From positions 1 through 35,914 of the forward strand of contig JAAOYF010000049.1 of NCBI GenBank assembly GCA_018221205.1: a stretch of 35,914 bases of DNA. The letters are read 5' to 3'. The translations under genes and the position numbers were made by a program. The notes beneath the pieces are model-generated. The model made no database searches, was not told where the DNA came from, and saw only the letters and a list, made by a program, of their open reading frames with translations. Of this stretch, positions 1 to 8,711 are shown in pieces. Every line of letters begins with the position of its first letter. Within the stretch, counting starts at the first letter, position 1. The DNA is from Candidatus Woesearchaeota archaeon (lineage in GTDB: Archaea > Nanobdellota > Nanobdellia > Woesearchaeales > WJIZ01).

Positions 1-16
1 GCGGACAAATCTTCAT
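1..16 (-). CDS. 5' end of a gene running off the window (MKICP..., possibly a zinc-ribbon protein)
   Basis: Minus-strand ATG at 16 with SD GAGGTGA (23-29) upstream and a TATA-like TTTTATATA at ~93-101. Only 5 codons are visible. Confidence 0.4.
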
Positions 17-114
17 TAAAGTTCACCTCATTCTTTTTTGAGATGAACTTATTTATTAATCTGTCGATTAGTTAACACTGTCCGAATAATCATATATAAA
101 ATCTCTACCTATCA

Positions 115-310
115 CACCATCATTTCCTTTGGAAAATAAATACAAGAAAAAACACTTCTTTTATTTACTTTCTATATAGAAAATAATAAAATAACATATA
201 ACATATAACATAACAACACACTTCCATAAGAAATCAAGGGGTCACCTCTATCTAAAAAAACCTATATTTCCCACAGCAATAAAATATATAAACCCCTATT
301 TCTTCTGGAA
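115..310. promoter_or_regulatory. Probable replication origin (oriC) with ORB-like boxes and an AT-rich DUE-like tract
   Basis: TTCCATAAGAAATCAAGGGGT (+, 222-242), TTCCAGAAGAAATAGGGGT (-, 292-310), TTCCAAAGGAAATGATGGTG (-, 115-134) and a degenerate copy (-, 260-279) fit the archaeal ORB pattern TTCCAnnnGAAA-spacer-G-string. Positions 135-220 are very AT-rich. Directly upstream of cdc6. Confidence 0.8.
191..211. repeat. Tandem repeat (ATAACAT)x3 within the origin AT-rich tract
   Basis: ataacat-ataacat-ataacat read directly at 191-211. Confidence 0.75.
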
Positions 311-314
311 CTAA

Positions 315-1511
315 ATGACCCTCTCTAAGTTTTTTGGTGACTATCTAAAAAAAGAGCCCCTTTTCCTCAATAAAACAGTCTTCCAAGGCGCTTATCTACC
401 TGAAACAATCCCTCATAGGGATGAACAGATCAACCAAATAGCAAAGATTCTTGCTCCTTTATTGAGGGGGGACAAGCCTTCAAATATCTTCATCTATGGT
501 AAGACAGGGACTGGAAAGACTATGAGTATGAAATACGTCGTCAAGAGCATGAAAGACGCACTGAAAGACAATGCCATTAAATTCATCTATGTGAATTGCA
601 AGCTCAAAAGGGTAGCTGATACAGAATATCGATTGATGGCGCAGCTAGCAAGAGAATTCGGGAAAGAGATACCTTCAACAGGGCTGCCGACAGACGAAGT
701 CTATAAGATACTCTTCAACGCGATTGAAAAAGAATCTAAACCCCTTTTGATTGTCTTGGATGAAATAGATCAATTAGTAAGAAAGACAGGTGATACAGTC
801 CTTTATAATCTGACAAGGTGCAACGAAGAACTCAAAAACGCACATATAACTATTGTAGGGCTGTCGAATGATATGGTATTCATCGATAATATTGACCCAA
901 GAGCAAAATCCTCATTATCAGAAGAAGAACTTATCTTTCCACCTTACAATGCTATCCAGATACAAGACATCTTAAAGCAAAGAGTGAAGATCGCTTTCAA
1001 AAAAAACACCCTGGATCCGGGAACAATAGAGAAATGTGCTGCGTATTCAGCAAGAGAGCATGGTGATGCAAGACGGGCATTAGAGCTATTGAGGGTTGCA
1101 GGAGAGCTGGCAGAGAGAGATGCTAAAGAGAATATCACGATTGATTACATAGACAAAGCAGAAGAAAAGATAGAGCGGGACCGATTACTGGACATCACCT
1201 CAACACAACCAAAACAGAGCCAATGCATACTCTATTCAATCATCGCGTTAGCAACAAATAAAAAAGGAAACATATTCACTGGTGAAATATATGAGCACTA
1301 CAAATCTCTCTGTAAAAAGACATCCCTGAGGCCGCTCACCCAAAGAAGGATTTCAGATGTCCTGGCTGAGCTGGATATGCTCGGCATCATAAACGCAAAG
1401 ATAATCTCAAAAGGCCGTTATGGCCGCTCAAGAGAAGTCTCATTGGCCGTTCCAAATTCATCCATCACCAACATAAAGAAAACGTTGGAGGAAGAACTAG
1501 CTTTAACCTGA
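315..1511 (+). CDS. cdc6: Orc1/Cdc6 replication initiator
   Basis: Walker A GKTGTGKT, Walker B LDEID, HGDARRAL sensor motif, C-terminal winged helix (LDMLGII...SKGRYGR). Adjacent to ORB boxes. Confidence 0.97.
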   Translation: MTLSKFFGDYLKKEPLFLNKTVFQGAYLPETIPHRDEQINQIAKILAPLLRGDKPSNIFIYGKTGTGKTMSMKYVVKSMKDALKDNAIKFIYVNCKLKRVADTEYRLMAQLAREFGKEIPSTGLPTDEVYKILFNAIEKESKPLLIVLDEIDQLVRKTGDTVLYNLTRCNEELKNAHITIVGLSNDMVFIDNIDPRAKSSLSEEELIFPPYNAIQIQDILKQRVKIAFKKNTLDPGTIEKCAAYSAREHGDARRALELLRVAGELAERDAKENITIDYIDKAEEKIERDRLLDITSTQPKQSQCILYSIIALATNKKGNIFTGEIYEHYKSLCKKTSLRPLTQRRISDVLAELDMLGIINAKIISKGRYGRSREVSLAVPNSSITNIKKTLEEELALT

Positions 1512-1533
1512 CTGGAATAGTTCTTCTAACCCT

Positions 1534-3057
1534 ATGAGTAAAAAAGAGCTAATTGAAAAATTATTAGAGAGAGGCTTATTGCTAGCTCCAGACGTCATTG
1601 ATAGGATTTCTGAAGAAACACCCTTACCAAAAGATGAAAAATTATTATATCTCAACACCGACTTGCTTGATCTCTCTAAAAAGATTGAGGTGAATTGGGA
1701 GGAGTTCGAGAAAGCAAGGGCATTGCTTGAAAAGAAAAATGATAGCCGTGCCTATAACCGATTCCTCAACTATATTTCAGAGGAACTGGAGCCAGAGAAA
1801 AAGGTCAAGGTCATGAAATCCTATGAAGAGATATCTTCCAAAAAAGAAGTGAGAGATTTTACACTTCATTTCAATGTCCGGTTCAATGCTTTGCAGAAGA
1901 TTCTCTACAACAGGGATGAATTGAAAGGAACAACATCGATAAGCAGGGTGCTCGCGAAGCGAGACCGGGAGAGAGTATCTATAATAGGGATGGTGAAGGA
2001 GAAACGCCAGACAAAAAAAGGGAACCTGATGTTTACAGTAGAGGATCCGACAGGAGAGATAAAGGTATTGGTGAACCAAAATAAACCAGACTTGTTCCTG
2101 GAGGCGAAGGATATAGTCCTGGATGAGGTCATAGGAATCTCTGGGGTGAACGGCGAGAATATTGTATTCGCCAATAATGTCCTCTGGCCCGATATTCCTA
2201 TGACCAATCAACTAAAGAGATCAGACGAAGAAGGATATGCGTTGTTTATCTCTGATCTGCACGTCGGCTCAAAAGATTTCCTCGGGAAAGACTTTGATCG
2301 TTTCATCCAATGGCTCAACCAAGAGACAGGGAACGAAAGACAGAAGGCCATTGCCTCAAAAGTGAAATATCTTTTCATCCTAGGGGACTTGGTTGCAGGG
2401 GTAGGAGTATACCCCAACCAAGAGGAGGATCTGACAATAACTGACTTGTACGACCAATACAATGAATTTGTCGATCTCTGCAAGAAGATTCCCAAGAATA
2501 TCCAGATGATCATCTGCCCAGGCAACCACGATGCTTTGAGGGTAGCAGAACCCCAACCCCCTTTCACGAATGAGTTCACAAAATGCCTCCATACCTTACC
2601 TAATACGACGATAGTCTCCAATCCTGCAGTCATAAACATCCACACGAGCGACGATTTCCCAGGATACAATATATTACTCTATCATGGCTATTCTTTTGAC
2701 TATTATGTTGCGAATGTCGACTCAATCCGTAACCAAGGAGGGTATGATCGCGCAGATCTAATCATGAAATTCCTTTTGAAAAGGCGCCATCTCGCCCCTA
2801 CACACACTTCCACACAATATGTTCCTTATACTGATAAGGATCCTTTGGTTGTTGAGGAAATCCCTGATATCTTCGCGACAGGGCACATCCATAAGGCAGC
2901 AGTCTCAAAATATAAGAACGTGACGTTGATAGCAGCATCCTGTTGGGAAGGAAGGACAGATTTCCAGGAAAAAGTAGGCCACCACCCAGAGCCTTCTCGC
3001 GTCCCATTAGTCAATCTACAGACAAGGGAAGTGAAGATATTGAGATTTGGAAAATGA
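1534..3057 (+). CDS. polB: DNA polymerase D small subunit DP1 (3'-5' exonuclease)
   Basis: OB fold plus calcineurin-like phosphoesterase motifs SDLH, GDLV.G.G.YP.Q, PGNHD, YHG, GHIH. ATGA-coupled to DP2. Confidence 0.95.
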   Translation: MSKKELIEKLLERGLLLAPDVIDRISEETPLPKDEKLLYLNTDLLDLSKKIEVNWEEFEKARALLEKKNDSRAYNRFLNYISEELEPEKKVKVMKSYEEISSKKEVRDFTLHFNVRFNALQKILYNRDELKGTTSISRVLAKRDRERVSIIGMVKEKRQTKKGNLMFTVEDPTGEIKVLVNQNKPDLFLEAKDIVLDEVIGISGVNGENIVFANNVLWPDIPMTNQLKRSDEEGYALFISDLHVGSKDFLGKDFDRFIQWLNQETGNERQKAIASKVKYLFILGDLVAGVGVYPNQEEDLTITDLYDQYNEFVDLCKKIPKNIQMIICPGNHDALRVAEPQPPFTNEFTKCLHTLPNTTIVSNPAVINIHTSDDFPGYNILLYHGYSFDYYVANVDSIRNQGGYDRADLIMKFLLKRRHLAPTHTSTQYVPYTDKDPLVVEEIPDIFATGHIHKAAVSKYKNVTLIAASCWEGRTDFQEKVGHHPEPSRVPLVNLQTREVKILRFGK

Positions 3058-6000
3058 ACATCGAAGAATATTTCGGGAGTATAATAAAAGAGGTCGAGAA
3101 GGCCTACGAGATAGCGAACATAGCGAGGAAGAAAGGCTTTGACCCTGAAGACCAGGTCGCTATCCCACTCACCCAGAATATGGCTGAACGAGTGGAAGGA
3201 CTTATCTCAGTGATTGTTCCAGAGATAAAGAATTCAGGCATCTCAGAGAGGATTAATGAATTGGAGGAACAATACGGGAAGCTGAGCTGGAAAGTCGCTT
3301 TCACCGTCGCCTTAGAGACAGCAAAAGAAAGGTTCTGTTCCTTTCCAGACAAGATCAAGGCGATGGAGACAGGCATCAGGGTAGGATTAGCATATCTTAC
3401 TTTAGGTGTTGTCGCTTCTCCACTAGAAGGATTTGTTGAGCTCAAACTGAAGAGAAGACAGGACAACAACAATGAATATTTCTGCCTGATGTTCTCAGGA
3501 CCGATAAGGTCAGCAGGAGGGACTGCAGCAGCTGTTTCTGTCATTGTCGCTGATTATATCCGGAAACAGATGGGGTATGATGAATATGATCCCACAAAGC
3601 TTGAAGTGAAAAGGGCAGCGACAGAATTGTATGATTATCATGATCGTGTGACCAATCTCCAATACCTCCCGAGTGAGGCAGAGATTGAATTCATGGCATC
3701 CAATCTCCCCGTGCAGATAGCAGGGGACCCGTCAGAGAAATTTGAGGTCTCGAATTATAAGGATCTGCCGAGGATAGACACAAACATCATAAGGAACGGC
3801 TTCTGCTTGGTCATGGGAGAGTGCCTCTGCCAGAAAGCCCCGAAGATATGGAATCAGATCTCCAAGATGAAGGAATTTGATTTGGGAAGCTGGGGATTCC
3901 TTAAGGATTTTGTCAAGCTGCAGAAATCAAAGAAAGCAAAGAAGAAAGAAGACACTGATGAGAAACTTTCTCCTGATTTCACCTTTATCAAGGATCTTGT
4001 TGCAGGCAGACCGATTTTAGGATTCCCTATGCGTAACGGTTCTTTCCGTCTGAGATATGGCCGCTCAAGAAACTCAGGCTATTCATCTGCAGCAATCCAT
4101 CCAGCAACCACCTATATCCTCGATAAATTCACCGCAGTAGGAACTCAATTGAAGATGGAGCGCCCGGGGAAAGCAGCATCCCTCTCAACATGTGATTCGA
4201 TTGAAGGCCCGCTTGTAAGGCTCACTAATGGCACAGTGCTTAGGATTAACGATATGAAACAAGCCAAGAAAGTGAGCTTTGAAGTAGCACAGATTATCTA
4301 TCTTGGTGATATCCTCGTCAACTATGGTGATTTCTTCAACCGCGCCCATAAGCTGGTGCCTGCAGGATATTGTGAAGAGTGGTGGATAAAGGAATACGAG
4401 CAGAACAAGGAAGAAGTCAGTATTCCAGAAAAAAGACTCAAAGAGATATTATCAGAGAGATATGATTCTTCCATAACAGCAGAGGAAGCATTGGAGATAT
4501 CAGAGAAATGTTCCATTCCACTGCATCCAAAATATACTTATTACTGGAACTCTCTTAAAAGAGAGGAGATGAAGGCACTCATTAAATGGCTCGACACAGC
4601 CCGTTTGATTTCAGAAGACAACAAGATAAGGAAGATCATCACAGAATATAAGGAAGAGAAGGCTCTTCTCGAACGGTTAGGCGTACCCCATTCAACAGTC
4701 GCTAAGGAATTTGTCGTTATTGAGGGGGACGACGCAAGGATTCTCTCCCAATTCATCACTCTTCTCAAAGAAGATTTGCCAGAGGCAGAAAGTAATGTAG
4801 AGGCGATAAATAAGATCTCATCAATAAAACAGAGGGACAGAGGAGGGGTTTTCATCGGCGCGCGTATGGGCCGCCCAGAAAAGGCGAAAGTCAGAAAGAT
4901 GGACGGACAGCCGCATTGTCTTTTCCCCATCGGTCAGGAAGGAGGTAGGCTAAGAAGTTTCCAGGCAGCATTGGAAAAAGGGAGGGTTGTTTCAGACTTT
5001 CCAGTGTTTGAATGTGGTTGTGGGAATCAGACTGTGTTGAAGGTATGTGAAAAGTGTGGAGCAAGAACAGAAAGGAGGTTCTTCAACAAAGCAAAAGGCA
5101 CACTCGAAGAAAAACAGGATCCAGAAAGGAATGCAACGTTCAGGAATCAGGCAATAGACATCAATTCAATATTCAACCACACCATCAAGAATCTCGGCCT
5201 CTCGATCTATCCAGATCTGATCAAAGGAGTGAGAGGTACCTCGAATAGGGACCATATGCCTGAGCATTTGGCAAAAGGAATACTGAGGGCAAAGCACAAG
5301 ATTCCCGTCAATAAGGACGGTACAACAAGATATGATATGACTCAGTTGGCGATAACACATTTCACTCCACAAGAGGTCTCGACCCCGATAGAAAAGTTAA
5401 ATCAGCTCGGTTATGAAAAGGATATCTATGGAAATGGATTGACAGAAGACACCCAAGTGATTGAACTCTTCCCGCAAGATATGATCCTGCCCGCAGCGAC
5501 AGAATCTCAAGAAGAAGGTGCTGACGAGGTCCTTTTTAGGTCAGCACTCTTTATCGACGATTTGCTGAAGCGGCTCTACAAGCAGCAGCCTTTCTACAAG
5601 CTGAAGTCCAAAGCAGACCTGGTAGGCCAGCTAGTCATCGCTCTGGCACCACACACATCCGCAGCAATTGTCGGAAGGATCATCGGGTTTTCCCAGACAC
5701 AAGGATTCTATGCCCACCCCATGCTGCATGCAGCCACAAGAAGAGATTGTGATGGCGACGAGGCATGCGTCACCTTATTGGTAGACGCACTTCTTAATTT
5801 CTCAAGGCAGTATCTGCCAAACACAAGAGGCGCAACCCAGGATGCCCCTTTGGTGCTGACAGCAAAGTTGACTGTTTCTGAAGTGGATGATATGGTGTTT
5901 GATGTGGATATAGCAGAAGAATATCCTTTGGAGTTTTATGAGGCCGCCATGGAGTATAAATCCCCCTGGGAAGTGAAAGTGAGGCAAGTCAAACATCTGC

Positions 6001-6494
6001 TCCAGACAAAGAACCCCTATCAAGGCCTTCTCTTCACCCACCACACCTCCAACATCAACGACGGAGTGAAGTGCTCTGCATATAAGACCCTTCCATCGAT
6101 GCAGGAAAAACTGCATGGGCAGATGGATCTTGCTCTGAAAATAAGGGCAGTGGACGAGGCAGAGGTAGCGAAGATTGTCATCGAGAAACATTTCATAAAA
6201 GATATACGGGGAAACTTGAGAAAGTTCTCCCAACAGCAGTTCAGGTGTGTCAGCTGCAACCAAAAATATAGGCGGCCGCCGTTGGCAGGAAAATGCATAA
6301 AATGCGATGGAAAGATCATCTTCACCATCTCAGAAGGATCTATTGTGAAGTATCTTGAGCCCGCATTAAGTCTGGCAGAGCATTACAATCTCCCCAACTA
6401 CCTAAAGCAAAGTCTTGAGCTGACTAAAGTGAGTGTGGAGAGCATTTTTGGAAAAGACAAAGAGAAACAAGCTGGTCTGGGCAAGTGGTTCTAG
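3054..6494 (+). CDS. polC: DNA polymerase D large subunit DP2
   Basis: GPIRSAGGT, FRLRYGRSR, GARMGRPEKAK, catalytic RRDCDGDE, C-terminal Zn finger CVSC..CIKC and PIP box QAGLGKWF. Start moved to the ATG at 3054, which overlaps the DP1 stop. Confidence 0.97.
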   Translation: MNIEEYFGSIIKEVEKAYEIANIARKKGFDPEDQVAIPLTQNMAERVEGLISVIVPEIKNSGISERINELEEQYGKLSWKVAFTVALETAKERFCSFPDKIKAMETGIRVGLAYLTLGVVASPLEGFVELKLKRRQDNNNEYFCLMFSGPIRSAGGTAAAVSVIVADYIRKQMGYDEYDPTKLEVKRAATELYDYHDRVTNLQYLPSEAEIEFMASNLPVQIAGDPSEKFEVSNYKDLPRIDTNIIRNGFCLVMGECLCQKAPKIWNQISKMKEFDLGSWGFLKDFVKLQKSKKAKKKEDTDEKLSPDFTFIKDLVAGRPILGFPMRNGSFRLRYGRSRNSGYSSAAIHPATTYILDKFTAVGTQLKMERPGKAASLSTCDSIEGPLVRLTNGTVLRINDMKQAKKVSFEVAQIIYLGDILVNYGDFFNRAHKLVPAGYCEEWWIKEYEQNKEEVSIPEKRLKEILSERYDSSITAEEALEISEKCSIPLHPKYTYYWNSLKREEMKALIKWLDTARLISEDNKIRKIITEYKEEKALLERLGVPHSTVAKEFVVIEGDDARILSQFITLLKEDLPEAESNVEAINKISSIKQRDRGGVFIGARMGRPEKAKVRKMDGQPHCLFPIGQEGGRLRSFQAALEKGRVVSDFPVFECGCGNQTVLKVCEKCGARTERRFFNKAKGTLEEKQDPERNATFRNQAIDINSIFNHTIKNLGLSIYPDLIKGVRGTSNRDHMPEHLAKGILRAKHKIPVNKDGTTRYDMTQLAITHFTPQEVSTPIEKLNQLGYEKDIYGNGLTEDTQVIELFPQDMILPAATESQEEGADEVLFRSALFIDDLLKRLYKQQPFYKLKSKADLVGQLVIALAPHTSAAIVGRIIGFSQTQGFYAHPMLHAATRRDCDGDEACVTLLVDALLNFSRQYLPNTRGATQDAPLVLTAKLTVSEVDDMVFDVDIAEEYPLEFYEAAMEYKSPWEVKVRQVKHLLQTKNPYQGLLFTHHTSNINDGVKCSAYKTLPSMQEKLHGQMDLALKIRAVDEAEVAKIVIEKHFIKDIRGNLRKFSQQQFRCVSCNQKYRRPPLAGKCIKCDGKIIFTISEGSIVKYLEPALSLAEHYNLPNYLKQSLELTKVSVESIFGKDKEKQAGLGKWF

Positions 6495-6784
6495 TTTCCC
6501 AATATGATCTGGATATGAGGGATTCCCTCAATAACAAGCAAATGCTCTTTATTGGCTAATCCCTCCTTAAGAAAGAAATCAATGCTTTTCACTCCGACAA
6601 TATTGAGCGCATAAGTGTCTGCCAGCTGATTTCGCAGATTCTCCTCAGACATCTCTTCTCCTTTGTAGAAGCCAGCAGAAAGGTCGAGTTGCAGGCCCTT
6701 TTCTTCAAATTTCTTGCCTAGAATTTCACTATCACAGACAGCCAGGACAGTCTTTCCGCCGGAGATGTGTTTTTTGACGATCAT
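6491..6784 (-). CDS. DUF424 family protein
   Basis: VLAVCD.EILGK.F.E..L.L....FY.G and I.GIPH motifs. Start at ATG 6784, ATGA-coupled to aIF-2beta. Confidence 0.85.
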   Translation of the reverse strand: MIVKKHISGGKTVLAVCDSEILGKKFEEKGLQLDLSAGFYKGEEMSEENLRNQLADTYALNIVGVKSIDFFLKEGLANKEHLLVIEGIPHIQIILGN

Positions 6785-7188
6785 ATTTTCGATTTCACAG
6801 AATGTCGTGCACCGCAAGCATTACATTTCAGATAAGAGAACTGGTCATCTTTCTCGATGATAGTGTCTGGTTTGCCGCATTCACTGCACAATACATATTC
6901 GTGAGCATATTGTTTAATCTTTTCGTTCACTTTTGAAGCAGCAGCCTTAGTGCCGATTAGCAATCCCTTCGGCTTCATGTTTCCTGGTGCAGCCAGTTCC
7001 TTTAGGATATACTTCAGAAGATGTTCTGGTCTTCTCCCTAAACTCTGGGCAATCTGCTTGAAATTGCTGATCACTGTCATGTTCCCTTGCAGGTGCCCGC
7101 GAACTTTAGGGATTTCAAAGCGCTGTTTTTCAAAAACACTCTCTGGAAGATTCTTCCTCGCATCCTTCAATAATCCCTTGTAATTCAT
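6781..7188 (-). CDS. eif2b: Translation initiation factor aIF-2 beta subunit
   Basis: RFEIP...TVISNF...L.R...HL.K...KEL and C-terminal CSECGKPDT...CNACGA zinc ribbon. Start 7188 (alternative 7194) lies ~26 bp from TTTATAAA (7211-7218). Confidence 0.95.
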   Translation of the reverse strand: MNYKGLLKDARKNLPESVFEKQRFEIPKVRGHLQGNMTVISNFKQIAQSLGRRPEHLLKYILKELAAPGNMKPKGLLIGTKAAASKVNEKIKQYAHEYVLCSECGKPDTIIEKDDQFSYLKCNACGARHSVKSKI

Positions 7189-7262
7189 AGTCATCAGAAA
7201 CAAAGAACGATTTATAAAGCTATGGGGCAAAATTTTATATACTATCCTCACAGAAAAAAACC

Positions 7263-8123
7263 ATGGTCTTAGAATCTTTATTATTTCCCATGAAGGCAGA
7301 GAAGAAGCCTTGGGAGATGTTCTTCATCGGATTATTATATAGCACAGTGGGTATCTTTCTTGCATTATGGATATTTGAGAGGCAATCAAGTTTTGTCATG
7401 GTCTTTTTCATTGTGCTTGCCTGTGTACCTATTGTCTACAATACCTTGAAATGGGAAGAGTCAAAGGACCTGGAACTGGATTCTCCGAAAAAGATCCTCA
7501 AGGAGCATAATAAGGCGATTATGGTGCTGTCGTTTCTCTTCTTAGGGATAATAGTATCAGGAGTCATATGGTATGTCTTCCTACCGGCGCAGAAGACAGG
7601 CTTTCTCTTCGAGCAGCAGATATCAACAATCGCAGAGATCAACAATAAAGTCTCGCCCGATCCAACAGGTCTCGCAACATCATCTTCCTTATTCTTCAGG
7701 ATATTCTTCAACAACATCAAAGTGCTCATCTTCTGCATCCTCTTCGCCTTCATCTATGGTGCAGGCGCAGTGTTCATCCTGACGTGGAACGCGACAGTCA
7801 TATCGGCAGCAGTAGGGAATTTTATCCGCTCAAAGCTAGCACCATTGGCAGGCCTTTCGGCAGTCGGCAAAGCGACCGGTTATTTTACATTGGTCTCAGC
7901 AGGATTTTTGAGATACGCTATCCACGGCATTCCAGAGATCTTATCTTATTTCTATGGCGGCATTGCAGGAGGCATCATCTCAGTCGCGATAATAAAGAAC
8001 CATTTTGCGACAGAGAAATCCGCAGATATTCTCTTTGATGTCGGAGAATTATTATTGATCGCTGTAGGATTTGTCTTTATTGGTGCGATCTTAGAGGTAT
8101 TTGTCACTCCATTATTATTCTAG
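7263..8123 (+). CDS. SpoIIM/DUF95-family integral membrane protein
   Basis: Multiple hydrophobic helices, IFFNN, HGIPEI and terminal GA.LEVFVTP motifs typical of the SpoIIM-like family. Confidence 0.8.
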   Translation: MVLESLLFPMKAEKKPWEMFFIGLLYSTVGIFLALWIFERQSSFVMVFFIVLACVPIVYNTLKWEESKDLELDSPKKILKEHNKAIMVLSFLFLGIIVSGVIWYVFLPAQKTGFLFEQQISTIAEINNKVSPDPTGLATSSSLFFRIFFNNIKVLIFCILFAFIYGAGAVFILTWNATVISAAVGNFIRSKLAPLAGLSAVGKATGYFTLVSAGFLRYAIHGIPEILSYFYGGIAGGIISVAIIKNHFATEKSADILFDVGELLLIAVGFVFIGAILEVFVTPLLF

Positions 8124-8711
8124 AACTTTTACTTTGCCGGGCATGTTCTCAAATAAGTCTCCCTCTTTCAGCAAAGTCTCGATCTCTTTCTCAGAATCAG
8201 GGAATTTCTTGATGATCTCTTCAACAGCAACACCCTTTCCTTTGTCAATGCTTTTGATATAACTGAGAAGACCTTTATCATCAGAGACAACATCTTCGAC
8301 CTCTATTTTCTCAGGCAGTACAATAGACTTCGTCTCTAACTTCCTTACTCTCATCCACTTCTCAGAGCTCTTCCTGAATATCTCAGGGACGATATACCGT
8401 TCATTGTTGAACTCCCGTGGCTTGCCGATGACCATCAGAATATCTCCGATCTGGATATCTTCAACACGCTGCTCAAAGACCCTGGCAGAGATTCTTCCCG
8501 TACCATCATCAATCATGAAAGAATCATCACTCTTAGCAACAACAACCCCGATAAGATTCACCCGACTTACTTGCATCTCGCCAAAGTTCAGATAATTAGG
8601 AGAGAACTCACCCTCTGTCCGGATATATTCACTCTCAAGAATACTCTTGACAGGCACTTTATAGGCCGTAGCTCTCTTAAATCCTACTGATGAAGCCCCT
8701 TCTTGGCTCAA
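8115..8711 (-). CDS. RPA2/RPA32-like ssDNA-binding protein (OB fold plus C-terminal winged helix)
   Basis: VSRVNLIGVVV...IDDGTG.I...GD...VIGK.R OB fold and a C-terminal WH (LLKEGDLFE..PG). Probable TTG start at 8711 after SD GGTGAT; the ORF track begins at 8720. Confidence 0.75.
   Translation of the reverse strand: MSQEGASSVGFKRATAYKVPVKSILESEYIRTEGEFSPNYLNFGEMQVSRVNLIGVVVAKSDDSFMIDDGTGRISARVFEQRVEDIQIGDILMVIGKPREFNNERYIVPEIFRKSSEKWMRVRKLETKSIVLPEKIEVEDVVSDDKGLLSYIKSIDKGKGVAVEEIIKKFPDSEKEIETLLKEGDLFENMPGKVKVLE

Noticed and set aside
2943..3053. 37-aa N-terminal extension of DP2 in the ORF track
   Set aside because: It overlaps the conserved DP1 C-terminus. The ATGA-coupled start at 3054 fits better.
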